Below are positions 1-16,370 of a stretch of DNA of 64,000 bases, piece by piece. Position 1 is the stretch's first letter; every line of letters starts with the position of its first letter. The notes under the pieces were generated by a model, which saw only the letters and a list, made by a program, of their open reading frames with translations, searched no databases and was not told where the DNA came from. This DNA comes from the human T2T-CHM13v2.0 reference genome, Homo sapiens: the NCBI RefSeq assembly GCF_009914755.1, contig NC_060939.1. One strand, 5' to 3'. Both the position numbers and the translations under genes were made by a program.

Positions 1-2687
1 TGAGTTCTAAAATATAGGCAGTGATAAACAGCCCACCAACCAAAAAAAAGCCCAGGACCAAATGGATGCACAGCTGAATTCTACCAGAGGTACAAAGAAT
101 AGCTGGTACCATTTCTACTGAATTTATTCCAAATAACTGAGAAGGAAGGACTCCTCCCTAACTCATTCTATGAGGCCAGCATCATCTTGATACCAAAACC
201 TGGCAGAGATACAACAACAGAAAACTTTAAGCCAATATCCCTGATGAAAATTGAACCAAAAATTCTCAGTAAAATACTGGCAAACTGAATGCAGCAGCAC
301 ATCAAAAAGTTTATCTAACATGATCAAGTTGACTTCATTTTCAGGATGCAAAGTTGATTCAACATATGCAAATCAATAAATTTTATTCATCTCATAAATA
401 GAACTAAAGATAAAAACCACATGATTATCTCAATAGATGCAGAAAAGGCCTTCGATAAAATTCAACATCTCTTCATGTTAAAAACTCTCAATGAACTAGG
501 TATGGAGGACACATACCTCAAAATAATAAGAGCCATATATGGCAAACCCATAGCCAGTATCATACTGAATGGGCCAAAGCTGGAAGCATTCCCCCTTGAA
601 AACTGGCACAAGACAAGGATGCCCTCTCTCACCACTCCTATTAAACACAGTATTGGAAGTTCTGGGCAGGACAACCAGGTAAGAGAAAGAAATAAAAGGC
701 ATCCAGATAGGAAGAGAGAAAGTCAAAATATCCCTGTTTGCAGATGACATGATCCTATATCTAGAAAACTCCATCATCTCTGCCCAAAAGCTTCTTAAGC
801 TGATAAGCAACCTCAGCAAAGTGTCAGCATAAAAAATCAATGTGCAAAAATTGCCAGCATTTCTATATACCTAAAACAGGCAAGTAGAAATCCAAATCAT
901 GAATGAAGTCCAATTCACAATTGCTTCAAAGAGAATAAAATACTTAGGAATACAACTAACAAGGGAAGTGAAGGACATCTTTAAGGGAAACTACAAAACA
1001 CTGCTCAAAGAAATCAGTGATGACACAAATGGAAAAATATTACATGCTTATGGATAGGAAGAATCAATATTGTGACAATAGCCATATTGCCTAAAGCAAT
1101 TTATCGGTTCAATGCTATTATACTACCACTGACATACTTTCTAATACTACACATAATTAGAAAAAAAAATTTTAAATTCGTATGAAACTTAAAAAGAGCC
1201 CTAATAGCCAAGGGAATCCTAAGTAAAAAGGACAAACCTGGAGATAGGCTACCTGACTTTAAACTATACTAAAAGACTACAGTAACTAAAACAGCATGTA
1301 CTGGTACAAGAACAGACACATAGAACAATGAAACAGAATAGAGAACTCAGAAGTAACCACTCACACCTGTAACCATCTGGTCTTTGACAAACCTGACCAA
1401 AAAAAGCAATGGCAAAAGGATTCCCTATTTAATAAATGGTTATGCGATATCTGGCAAGCCATATGCAGAAGATTAAAACTAGACCCCTTCCTTACACCAT
1501 ATACAAAAATTACCTCAAGATGGATTAAAGACAAATGTGAAACCCCAAACTATAAAAACCCTAGAAGAAAATCTTGGCAATATGATTCAGAACATAGATA
1601 CAGGCAAAAATTTCATGACAAAAATGACAAAAGCAGTTGCAACAAAAGGAAAAATTGACAATTGGGATCTAATTAAAGAGCTTCTGCACAGAAAAAGAAA
1701 CTGTCATAAGAATGAACCGATAACCTACAGAATAGGAGACTTTTTTTTTTTGCAATCTATCTATCTGAGAAAGGTCTGATACTGAGAGTCTACAAGGAAC
1801 TTAAACAAATTGACAGGAACAAAACAAACAACCCCATTAAAAAGTGGGCAAAGGATGTGAACAGATACTTCTCAAAAGACGACATACTTGTGGACAACAA
1901 ATATATGAAAAAAGCTCAACATCACTGATCATTAAAAAAATGCACATCAAAACCACAATGAGATACCATCTTATGCTAGTCAGAATGGCAGTTACTAAAA
2001 AGTCAAAAAACAGCAGATGCTTGTGATGTTGCAGAGAAAAAGGAAGGCTATTACACTGTTGGTGGGAGTTCAACCCACTGTGGAAGACAGTGTGGCAACT
2101 CCTCAAAGATCTGGAGGTGGAAATACCATTTGACCCAGCAATCCCATTACTGGGTATATACCCAAAGGAATATAAATCATTTTATTATAAAGATGCATGC
2201 ATATGTTCATTACAGCACTGTTCATGATAGCAAAGACTTAGAATCAACCCAAATGTCCATCAGTGATAGACTGGATAAAGAAAATGTACATTTACACCAT
2301 GGAATACTATGCAGCCATAAAATAGAATGAGATCATGTCCTTTGCAGGGACATGGATGGAGCTTTCAGATGCCACTATCCTCAGCAAACTAATGCAGGAA
2401 CAGAAAACCAAAAACTGCATGTTCTCACTTATAAATGGGAGCTCAATGATGGGAACATGTGGACACACTGGGGGAAGGGGGGACGTGGGGAACAACACAT
2501 ACTGGGGCTTGTCATGGGGCCAGGGAGGCAGAGCATTAGGAAGAATAGTTTATAGATGCTGGGCTTAATACATAGGTGATGGGATAATCCGTGCAGCAAA
2601 CCATCATGGCACACATTTACCTATGTAACAAACCTGCACATCCTGCACATGTACTCTTGAACTTAAAAGTTGAAGATTAAAAAAAAA
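1..2687 (+). mobile_element. Old primate LINE-1 (L1PA13-16-like), 3' part of ORF2 plus 3'UTR and A-tail; continues off the left edge; ORF2 disrupted
   Basis: ORF2 RT/C-terminal peptides ([24 protein letters not shown]) broken by many stops and frameshifts; 3'UTR gatgctgggcttaatacataggtgatgggataatccgtgcagcaaaccatcatggcac typical of older L1PA; A-run ~2679-2687. Confidence 0.9.
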
Positions 2688-2728
2688 GGGGTGTAGAAAG
2701 ATATATCATGGTAAAGATACATGATGCT

Positions 2729-2860
2729 GGCTGGGCGTGGTGGCTAACGCCTGTAATCCCAGCACTTTGGGAGGCTGAGGTGGGCGGATCACGAGGTCAG
2801 TGATCGAGACCATCCTGGCTAACACGGTGAAACCCTGTCTCTACTGAAAACACAAAAAAA
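2729..2860 (+). mobile_element. AluY-like left monomer only
   Basis: ggctgggcgtggtggct...ggatcacgaggtcag...catcctggctaacacggtgaaacc ending at the middle A-rich linker; no right arm. Confidence 0.9.
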
Positions 2861-2987
2861 CTTATACATAATATATAAATTATATATAATATAAATTATA
2901 TATATAAATTACGTATATAAATTATGTTATATATGTTACATATATAAATTATGTTATATATGTAACATATATAACATATGTAAATTT

Positions 2988-3018
<31 letters not shown>

Positions 3019-3019
3019 C
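2861..3019. repeat. AT-rich low-complexity/(TA)n-(CA)n microsatellite
   Basis: tatataaattatgttatatatgt repeated twice, then (TA)n and (CA)n. Confidence 0.9.
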
Positions 3020-3724
3020 ATGCTAAAACTAAGTTTAAAAAAAAGCCAGAGTAGCTGTGTTAATTTCAGACAAAGCAAACTTCTGAACCAGAAAAATTAA
3101 CAGAAATAAAGAGGGGCATTGCATAATGATAAAGGGACTAACTTTCCAAGAACGGGAAATAGTTCTAAACATGTATGCATCTAACAACAGAGAATCTAAA
3201 TATATAAGGCAAAAACTGAGATTGGTGAGGAGTAACAGAAAAATTTCTTATTATAGCTGGAGATTTCATAACTCCTTTTTCAGTAACTGATAGCTCAAGC
3301 AGTCAGAAAAACAGTAAGGATATAGTTAACCTGAACAGTGCTATTATACAACTTTATCAAATTGACATGTATAGACTATTCCATCTGACAACAAAATACA
3401 TATTCTTCTCAAGCTTTCATGGAACCTTCACCCAGTAGACCCAATCTAGGCATAAAGCACACAAAGTATTTTAAAAGTAGAAATGATACCAAATTCTCAG
3501 AAAATAATGAAATTAATCTATAAATTAATACCACAAATTATCATTTATTAGGGAATTGCAAGTTAAAACAATAGTAACTTATTTACTATATATCTATTAT
3601 TAATAGACTGGCTAACATAGAAAAAACTGATAAAGCCAAATAAGGTAGAGGACACAAAGCAAAAGGAAGTATTAATTGCTGCTAGGAGTGCAAAATGGCA
3701 TAGCCATTTTGAAAGACAGTTTGG

Positions 3725-6659
<2,935 letters not shown>

Positions 6660-7716
6660 AAAGACAGTTTGGCATTTTCTCATAATGTGAGTCATTACTG
6701 TAGTATACAATCTAGTGTCTCACTCGTTGGTATTTACCCAACTGACTAGAAAACATATGCTCATACAGAAACCTGTATATAAATATGTATAGAAACATTA
6801 TTCATGTGCCCCAAACTGGAAACAACCAAAGTATCTTTAATATAATAGATGAATGAACAAACTGAAATACCTGTAGAATGTAGTAGCATTCAGTAATTTA
6901 AAAAAATAAGCAATCATTCCCCAAAAAGCCACATGGAGGAAACTTAAATGCACATTGCTAAGTGAAAGAAGCCAATTTGAAAAGGCTGCATGTTCCATGG
7001 TTTCAATTATTTGGCAATCTGGAAAAGGCAAAATTTCAGTGTGCTGAGGTTGTCTGCCAGCTCCATCCACGTTCCTGCAGTTACAAGATCAGTGGTTTTC
7101 TCAGTTCAGCAGTGCATGGTCTAGTGTTGAATAGGTGAAGCACAAGAGATTTTGTAGAGTGATAAAGCCACCAATACTTCTGTCAAAATCCACAGAAATT
7201 TATAGTACAAGAAGTGAAACTTTATATACGCAGCATAAAAATAAATCATGTAGAAGGCCCAGGGATCCCAGGATTAAATTCAGAAAGTAACATAAGAATC
7301 TAACTGTATTACAAGTGTAATCAACAACCTCACTGAGATAAACATCAGTGAGGCTGGAGAAACAATATCCCTGGGGGTAGTGGGAGAACAGGTGCTGACC
7401 GAAATAACTTTGAAAATGAGTGAAACCTGTAAGAGTAAAGGCAAATGAAACTGTGCATAAGCACTGTACTCTAGTTGATAAATTGTTTTCCATAGGGATA
7501 GATGTTAACAATTTTGATACTGGTATATAAATGTATCCTAGGATTGAACATTTCAGTAAATGGGTTGTAGATGGTAGGAGCTGGGTTTCTCACCATTCCA
7601 CTGACAGTTTACCAATAAGCAAAAGAAGCAGGCTAGAATGAACTGTGTTAGAATTAGAATTGGAGCATTCAGTATGAACTCATGTTTAGCTTAACAGAGA
7701 TACAGTGGTTATGGAA

Positions 7717-7721
<5 letters not shown>

Positions 7722-7766
<45 letters not shown>
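7722..7766. repeat. (TA)n microsatellite
   Basis: ~22 uninterrupted TA units. Confidence 0.95.
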
Positions 7767-7769
<3 letters not shown>

Positions 7770-7867
7770 TATATGCACCACTTATTATACACCTAATACT
7801 CTGATCTTGGTTTATAATACTATTCTCCAGTGAAAGGACCAGTGATTCTTCCAGACATAGCAAATTC

Positions 7868-8160
7868 ATGTACTAAGACATATACTAATATACTACATGT
7901 ACATGTACTACATGTACATGTAGTATATTATACTAATGTATATTATACTATATTATACTATATGCTATAGTATATTATACTACTATACTACATGTACAAT
8001 ATACATGTACATGTACTGATATACTACATGTACAATATACTACATGTACATGTACTAATATACTACTTAGTGCATGTACTAAGACATGTACTAATATATT
8101 GTACATATATATTATATAATTATATATTAGTACCTATAATAAGACATGTACTAATATAAT
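7868..8160. repeat. Degenerate TACATG/TACTA AT-rich tandem array
   Basis: Repeated tacatgta, tactaatata and aagacat(a/g)tactaatata units. Confidence 0.85.
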
Positions 8161-8198
8161 ACAAGATGAGTCTAGAACATCTAGTAGGGACAGAAACA

Positions 8199-8267
8199 AA
8201 GAAGGAGGAGGAAGGAGAAGGAAGAAGGAAGGAGATGGAGAAGGACCAGGAGAAGGAGAAGAAGAAA
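8199..8267. repeat. Polypurine (GAA/GGA)n tract
   Basis: gaaggaggaggaaggagaaggaagaagg...gaagaaa. Confidence 0.85.
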
Positions 8268-9009
8268 CATAATTTTGGGGGTATGTAAAAAAAGACTTTT
8301 GTAAGTCAACTGAATGAGCTCCCCACGGCAAAATCTGGACTGGTTTGAGCAACAAAATAAAGTGGTATTGAAATATAGCCCAGAGTATAAGAAAAATTCA
8401 TACCTTATACTAATATAAATAAATGGGTAAAAGTAGGTACATTTCCTATGTAGAAGAATTGCACACAGGGCTTTATATCTGTGTTTACAGAATTTTCTGT
8501 AAGTCTGTGAATGTCTGTAGAACAGGAACAGTGTTTTATTGTTCAGAGATCAATTGTGTGACTTGGGCTGAACAAATACCTGGCAATTGGTAGGTGCCCA
8601 GAAAATATGTGTTCAGCCCAAGTCACACAATTTATACTTGAGATTTTTTTTTTTTTAGTTTTTACCTAATGTCCTTTTTAATGTTCACATTGAAATTAAG
8701 GAAAATAACTATCCTCTTAAAATAGCCCAAAATGCTTTAGCTTTTCTCATAGTTAATATTTTTTCTAATCATAAATACCATGATCTCCACAGGCTCCATG
8801 GAAAGGTATCAAAAATAGCAAGCATCTTGCTAGAATGTAACACGTGACTTAACCTCCTGTGCATGCTTTTAATCTTCATCTTTTCTCCAGCTGTGTCAGT
8901 ATCGTATTTATCAAGATTCCCAAACATGCAATTTGAGGGCTGTGTTTGATTACATTTGGGTTTTCTAGGCACATTAACATGGTGGTTATTTGGAAAGACT
9001 GACTGTGCA

Positions 9010-9140
9010 GGGGAAAAAGAGCACTGGTCTATGAGTCTGGAATTAAAATTCTCTTCCTGACTTTGTTCCTAAGCTAGCCTTGGGACCTTGGTGAGTTGCC
9101 GCACCTGTCACAGTCTGGGTTTCCTCATTTGCAGGGACAA
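9010..9140 (+). mobile_element. MIR fragment
   Basis: gaccttggtgagtt...tttcctcatttgca core. Confidence 0.6.
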
Positions 9141-9789
9141 TAAGGGCTAAATGATCTCTGAGTTTCTGATCTCTGAGTTTCCTTCTTCCTTTACAGTTGA
9201 TGGTAGAATGTGGGCTCATTTCTGCAATCCAGTTGAGTTCTCAAACTAGTAAGTTTGTGAATAAGACTGCAGTTTGCAATTCGGGCTTCTCAATCCAGGG
9301 AAGGAAGTCTCTCTTGGTTTGGGTACGGTGAGAGGCATGAAATTTTCTCTAGAGATGTTTTCCCTTTGGTTTTAGAATGTTGGGTGGTATGTCTTGCCCA
9401 TCAAAAAGGAGAGAATAGGATGAATGATAATTTGTTAGTTGGGAACAGCTTCCCACAAGAAATGAAAGAGAACTAAAAGGCAGAATAAATGACTAACCTT
9501 TGCCTTGCCCCTCAGAAAAGCTGGTGAAATTTAGAAATATAGTCATGTTTCTATTCACTCAGGCTCTCTACCTGAACCAACAACCATTCGTGAAACTTTC
9601 CACATTAAACTTTCAGTTCCAGTAAAGTTCATAGCAGTCTTTAAAACTGCACCCGGAGGTGACAACATAACATTCCTTTGGGTCTGATGCATAGAGGCTT
9701 AGAGTGTGAGGGCTGAAAAGGGTTTTTGAGGGCAAAGGGACATATAAGTGTGTTTTACCATGCGCATAACACTTAACTAACATGAATGA

Positions 9790-9955
9790 TCCTGGCTGGA
9801 TGCTTTTTATGTATTATTTCTAATCCTTCTCAGAATCCAGCAAAACAGGTGGTTCACAGAGGAGGAAACTGAGGCTAAAGCAGGGTAAATAACTTATCCA
9901 GTTTTACTTGACTCCAAGAGGCTGGTTTGAGTTTTTAACTCAAGTCTGTCTCACT
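9790..9955 (-). mobile_element. MIR fragment
   Basis: acagaggaggaaactgaggctaaagcagggtaaataactt. Confidence 0.65.
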
Positions 9956-9989
9956 CAGCTTCCTCAACTGTGTTCTCACATTATTAACT

Positions 9990-10315
9990 CCTAGTCTTGC
10001 TTCAATCCTGCCTCTGGGAAGCCTTCTTTGACCCTCCAGAGAATATAAATTACAGGAATTCCCCTTTCTGTAATTGTTTTGTGGTGTGGTTCACACAGGG
10101 TTTTATAACTGTGTTCACATAATTTTCTCTTCTACAAGTCTGTGAATGTCTGTTAAACAGGGACAGTGTTTTATTGGTCTCTGAATCCTAATACCTGGCA
10201 ATTGGTAGGTGCCCAGAAAGTATTTGTTCAGCCCAAGTCACACAATTCATTGGATACAGAGCCAGAACTAAATCCAGACCTCTTGACTCCTGGTCCAGAA
10301 TTCTTTCGCCACCAC
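9990..10315. mobile_element. L2 3' end (+) abutting a MIR fragment (-)
   Basis: cagggacagtgttttatt...cctggcaattggtaggtgcccagaaagtatttgtt (L2 3' terminus), then cccaagtcacaca...cagagccagaactaaatccagacctcttgactcc (MIR). Confidence 0.6.
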
Positions 10316-12977
10316 ATTATTACTTTTAGGTTTTTAATCGCATGCAACTTCCAGCTTATTCTCCCCATAAAACCTCCTTGTTCCCTCACCCCAAACCCTG
10401 CACATGATTTCTGTGAGCAGTGGAAATGTTTTCATCACAAGTATGAAGGCTTGCACTTAATATGGACTTACTGTGGACTCAGCGCAGGCTCACTATGTGA
10501 ATCCTCTTCTTTTCTCCTGACAGTGCTCCCAGGTGAATGCTGCTATCAACCCCATTTTACAACGTGGAAACTGAAGAATTGAGATAGTAACTGCACCAAG
10601 ATCTCACAACTGGGGTAAAAATCCATGCAGCATGGCCCTAGATGAACATAATCTGAAAGACTGGGCTCCACGCCTCAAGGTTGGGACAGAGAGCGAGTCT
10701 CCTTGCTCAGGTTTTATCTCTTGTTAGTTAGATGCCAAATACATTTTTTTAAAATAAAACAGCTGAGATGTCTTGATCCTTAAGGAACATAACACCAGGT
10801 TCCAAGGGTGATTTAATTGAAGTCACCCACTCCTTTTGATCCCTGCAAACTTTTACCGAGAGCTTTGAAACAGGTTGCTGAGCACTTCCCATATTGAATC
10901 TGTGCATACTCTGGTTTCTTACAAGGTCACGTGAAGGATAAGATTCAGAGCATTCCAGGGAGATTACGCTCCAACTGCAGAAACCTGAAAAAGCAATTGA
11001 TAAAGGCTTAGCTGCATTACTCTGAAGACTTTGGTATTGTGGGGTAATCATACATAGCAGCTCTCACAGGGTTCTGAGGCTTATCTCATTTTATGTGCCC
11101 TTTTTTCCTTGGAGAGTCTAAATCTCTCCTGGAGATTAAAATGTAATGACACAATGATTTGAGACAGAAAAGCATCAAAAATCATACTTTGAGGCATTAT
11201 AGGATATATGTAACATTATGCACAAACACGAAAGGGGATTTGAATTCAGCAAAGAACTCCAGGTGTATCATATGTTTCTATTTGTGTACAATTTTAAATT
11301 TTTAAAGAATAAGACCATAGTGGGGCAGGGTGAGGAAGGGTCCATGGAGCCTCTCCAGGCTCTTCTTCCTTCATGGGAGAAGCTTCCCTCAAAGGAGGAG
11401 CTGCAAGAGATGAAAAGGAAGAGGCCTGGAGAGCTCACACGAGGTCTCCAAGCAATTGAGCCTCCCTGGAGCTGTAAAGCAGGAAACTCAGCTTCTGGGT
11501 GAGGCCCTGATCCTTTAAAAGCCCAGATGCCAACTCCACAGGGGCAGACCCATCTCTCAGCTGATTGACCTAGCACTGGACGACATTCCTCATATTTACT
11601 TGTTTATTTTCTCTCTCACCTGTAATCTCCATAAAGCAAGTTTCATGAGGCAAGGAACAGATATCTCTAGGTCAATGCTGTATTCCTAGTTTTAGAACAA
11701 TGCCAGGCTGGAAAGGAAGGAAGGAAGGAAGAACAGGAGAGATGGTGGAGAGAGAGGTAGGTTGGTTTATAGTAAATACCATAATGCGTATTTATGTGCA
11801 TACACATGCACATGTATGTACACAGAGATACATATATACTTACGTAGGAAGCTGTATATTTTGATGAGAAAAGTGTAAATATAAAACATTTAATTGAGTA
11901 GTTTTCAATAAATGTTTCAGAGTTTGTATTATGGCCCCTAAGCTAATGTATTTGGAGTGGAGTTTGTAGCACAGCGCACGTTTTTACCCAACAGATTTGT
12001 TATTAGGAGAACTCACATAACTCAGAGACGATGCACACCAGGCAACAGAAGAAAGCAGCCTAAATGGAAGGAGGCTGAGTGAGCAACAGGCCATCTGCTG
12101 TTGCAGCTGCTTTTCCTCTCACACATGGGAATAGCATCACATTTCTTTGGAAAAAACACCTTTCTTATGGCTTCAGGCTGTGATTTGGGGATGGCTGTCC
12201 TCAAACTACAGGCTCATGGGTAGTTGCAGGTCTAAGGTTTGGCCCATGGTTACTCAGGCTCAGTCAAGGGTGCATGTGATCCAGCCTTCCCAGTGACCAT
12301 CAGCCCCTAATCTCTGGCTCCCTGATGGCTGGATTATAGACCAGGGGCTTTTGATGTCCTTCTCTCCCAACTGGGGAAGAAGTCTCTTGAGAATAAAGCC
12401 AACATCGGGGAAATAGAGCTGTGGGCTGGTGGGAAACAGCCATCCAATGACATGGAGAGAACACCCAGCCCCAGCCTAGGAAGCCCTACTTCTGCCCCCT
12501 GGGTCAGGGGTTTAAGGAGTTGTGGATGCATTGTAGTTTCTTGCAACCAAAAGAGTGCTAAGGACAACCCTGTTCACACACGTGCTTTGGAAGAAAAAGG
12601 GAAGATGTTTTCCATGCATAATAACTGCAGTGGCTATGCATTCTTATCCTGAACTTAATCTTTTTGTCCTATAGTTCCCAGAAGTGCACTTGTCTACCCA
12701 AGTGTTCTGAATTTCATTTCATAACATGCAATCACAGGACACACATTTATATCCAAACTCCATCACATTTGTTCTTGCTCAGAAATATAATTGGGGATGA
12801 AGATGGTGACAGTCATCTTCAGAGGTTCTGTTCTGATTAGGTAAGAACAGAGCATTCTAAAGATGGCCTAACCCAGACCACAACTTTGCACAGCAATTTA
12901 TCCCATTGCTCCTACATTTTTAAATTTATTTTTGGGTAACATTATTAGCTACATTTGATTAGAACTGATATTATAAC

Positions 12978-13346
12978 TGTCTTAGTCTGTTTGGACTGCC
13001 ATAACGAAACAGCGTAGACTGAGAGGCTTAAACAACAGAGATTTATTTCTCAGTTCTAGAGGCTGCGAAGTCCAAGATCAAGGTGCCAGCCAATTCATTT
13101 CTTGGTGAGGGTCCTCTTACTGGCTTGCAGGTTTCTCTCTAGATCTTCACATGGCTTTTCTTAGGTGTTTGCACATGGAGAGAGAGCTCTCTCTCTTCTC
13201 CTTATAAGGGCACTAATTCCATCACGAGGATCCCACCCTGATGACTTAATGTTACCATAATTACCTGCCAAAAGCCTCATCTCCAGATATAATTATATTG
13301 GAAGTTACAGGTTCAACATACACATTTTAGGGAGGGACACAGACAT
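12978..13346 (-). mobile_element. MaLR solo LTR, MLT1A/MLT1A0-like
   Basis: tgtcttagtctgtttggactgccataac, aagtccaagatcaaggtgccagc, tataagggcactaat, ggttcaacata...gggacaca. Confidence 0.85.
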
Positions 13347-14689
13347 ATAATGATACGAGTTTTCTTTGCAAAAGTGACCATGTGATCATTTGCAATTCTG
13401 CTAAAAAGACAGATCCTGGGACTAGTTGCAGATATAATGCACAAAATTTCTGACTGTTTTAATGATTTAATAAGCCAGTTGCTAATAGGTAAACATACAT
13501 GATACTTACATTGACTGAGGCAATCATGAGTATATTCCCATAATCAGGGGATTCTCATTTAGATGTCATACAGTTTTATTTGCCTCACAAAATTTCAAGT
13601 CAATATTCTGCTGTGCTTTCTACTTTGAAAAATGTCATATTACAGCCGGTTGGTTGAGAAATATTTTCAAGGGCCTGTGAAAAGCAAGGTGGGAAAATAA
13701 TGGATTGTAAATGTGTGGGCCTCTCCACCATGCCCTCTCTGGTCTTGTAGCACTTTAAGGGTGGTGGGTGCCATCTTGGGGTGATACGTTATTTCCAATG
13801 TGTCCATTCAGTGTTGTTCAACCATCTTGAGGCCTCAGGCTGGGAGCACACCATCGCACAGTGAAAACGCTCGCCTTTGTTGTAACCCTTTGGGAATTTG
13901 TATTGATTGAACAGCATATTTGGGAGAGAGAAAAGCAGATTACACAGTGGTTTGTCATGCTTGATTTACTTGAAAAGTGAGAAAAATGCTGACCTGGGAG
14001 ACTGGTGACCCTTGAAACTAAATACATGTGTGTGTCAGATACACTGTGAGCTGCACATTGCACTGGGGATTCAACACATCTGGTTGTGAGAATGGCACTC
14101 AGGATGACCCAGCTGTGAAGAGGCGGTAAAAAACATAATTGAGCTTGTTTATAAATATTGCTTGCTAACGCAGCTCTTGGCAATACTGGAGATGACATTC
14201 TCCCTTAAAGTCTGCCTCCTCTTCATATTTCTTCTTTCTTGTTTTGGCAACTATTGAAATTGAGGTACATGTTCTTAGATTAATGTCAGCCAGCAGTATT
14301 CAATATGATTTCTCTTCTCTGAGAAGATACTGTTTTAGGAAAACTGTGGCTTCCGAGCTCATAGCCTAATCTGAATTTCCCTATGTTGAGGAAAAAGACT
14401 TAAGGCAAGACCAGTGAAACAAAGAATTACAGATTTGAATGGCAGATTAAGCCTCTTGTAATTTTCATTCTCCAAAATAAAAACATTGCTTATACCATCT
14501 ATTTTCTATATGTGTTTCTGCTTTTGAAAATATTTCTGTGGTAGATCTCCTGCAATGCCACTGGTGAAAACAAACCACCAACTATTTGGGGGAACTTTTG
14601 TTGACATGAGGCCAATTATAATAATTCTGTGAGGGGTGACATGATGGAGAAGACAGACCAAGGACTCTCTAATTGAGCGTGCCTCTGCA

Positions 14690-14855
14690 CCCCAGTTCTG
14701 CCACTTCTGGTGTCACATTGACAAGTTGGATAGCAGTGATAAGCTTCAGCTTTTTCAGCTGTAAAATGGTGCAGCAATACTTATCTCAAACAGCTGTTGC
14801 GAGGAAGAAATGAAGTGACATGTGGAAAATGCCAAGCACAGTTGCTGCCCAATTA
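14690..14855 (+). mobile_element. MIR fragment
   Basis: cccagttctgccactt...ttcagctttttcagctgtaaaatgg. Confidence 0.6.
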
Positions 14856-16169
14856 ATGCTGTGACCACTCCCGCCTTTCGAAGTAGAGGGACTGACCACC
14901 ACTGGGCAATGTGTTGTGACCTCATTATTTGTTTTCCTTAATTCCAAATAACAAATTAAAAATCAATTGATAAGAAAAAACTTGAGTTTCAGTATTCACT
15001 TTGTGATTTAGATATTGAAAAGGAACATGTGCTTCTTGTCTGTCTTAAGTGAAAGTAAACAAGTGTCATAGTGGCAAGCACAAACCAGGTCAAGGCATGA
15101 GGTTGTGACGCCTGATGTGAGCATAGCATGTCAATGGTGGCTTAATACAATATTATCAAAATAACACATCTTTCCCCTTAGTCAATGATTTTAAAGATAC
15201 TGTTTCATGACAACACGGCTAGATCTTAATAGCTACCATGAAAAAGACCCTACTAACCCATGACTCAACAAAAGTTGAACTCCATTTTTTACCGAGCGAT
15301 CTCTTGTGTGATTACAACTGAATACCTATATAAGACGCTTTAATCTGCAGTCTGACTCCTCCCTACCCCCTTCTTTGTCACATTTGTTATACCATAATAG
15401 TTTGGCCAAAGGCATCCTCATTTTAAGAAGGTAAATAACAGTAATTGACCTGACGAGATCACTGGGATACATTTATATTAGAGAACAATTTTCAAACAGA
15501 ATGGAGAAAATGCTATATAACAGAAACCTCCCTGAATATTTTCCTCCAGTCTAAGCAGGGAAAATCTCATTATCAGGAAGGGACTCTCTGTGTATATGCT
15601 CTCTGCCTCAGTCTCAGATAACTTTGATTTTCCTCTTAAATGTTGTATAAATATTGATGGCACTTATAAATTTCTATGTGGTGGGGAATTATATTTAATA
15701 CATTTTTCATTACATTTGTTGTTATCTTGCTACCATGGTGAAACGATTTTCTTGAAATTAAGTACCATAAAATATTTGAGAATATGTTGCAGCTGAGCAA
15801 TTGAGAAAGACAGATGTGATAACATTAAGGAGGGTGAATAAGCACACATGTGCACTGATTTAGAAAACACTCGTTTCTTCAATGAATAAATGCACTTAAT
15901 GCAAGGCTTTTATTTTTTGTTTAGCTACCGCTTCACTCCCACCAAATGTGGGAGTCACTAAATATTGCTCTTAATGCAATAACCACAACCAGGCAACACT
16001 TAAATGACTGTATTCTGAATAAGCTGTATTAAGCCCCAGCCATGACTTTTCCTTTTGTCACTGATTGGTAGTAAATTATTGGAGTGTGGACAAACTAAAG
16101 TAGCAAGCTACTTTGGCATTATATGAACACCATCTAATTCACTGCTGGAGAAGAAAGGACAAATGAAGT

Positions 16170-16370
16170 ACCACTTACTCAACACCTACCATGTGCCAGG
16201 CATGGCACAAAGCCCTTTGAAACCATGGTCTCCCTCAATCATCCTCAACACAATCCCAGGAACCAGGTATTATTTCCCCATTAAGAGAAAACGGAGGCTC
16301 AGAAACATCAAGAAACTCCCCTAAATATCTACAATTTGGACCCTGGTTCATTGGAGCCCAAACTTCATGG
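16170..16370 (-). mobile_element. MIR fragment
   Basis: cacctaccatgtgccaggca...tattatttccccatt...aacggaggctcaga. Confidence 0.65.

Noticed and set aside
9152-9181. 15-bp tandem duplication tgatctctgagtttc x2
   Set aside because: Ordinary slippage duplication
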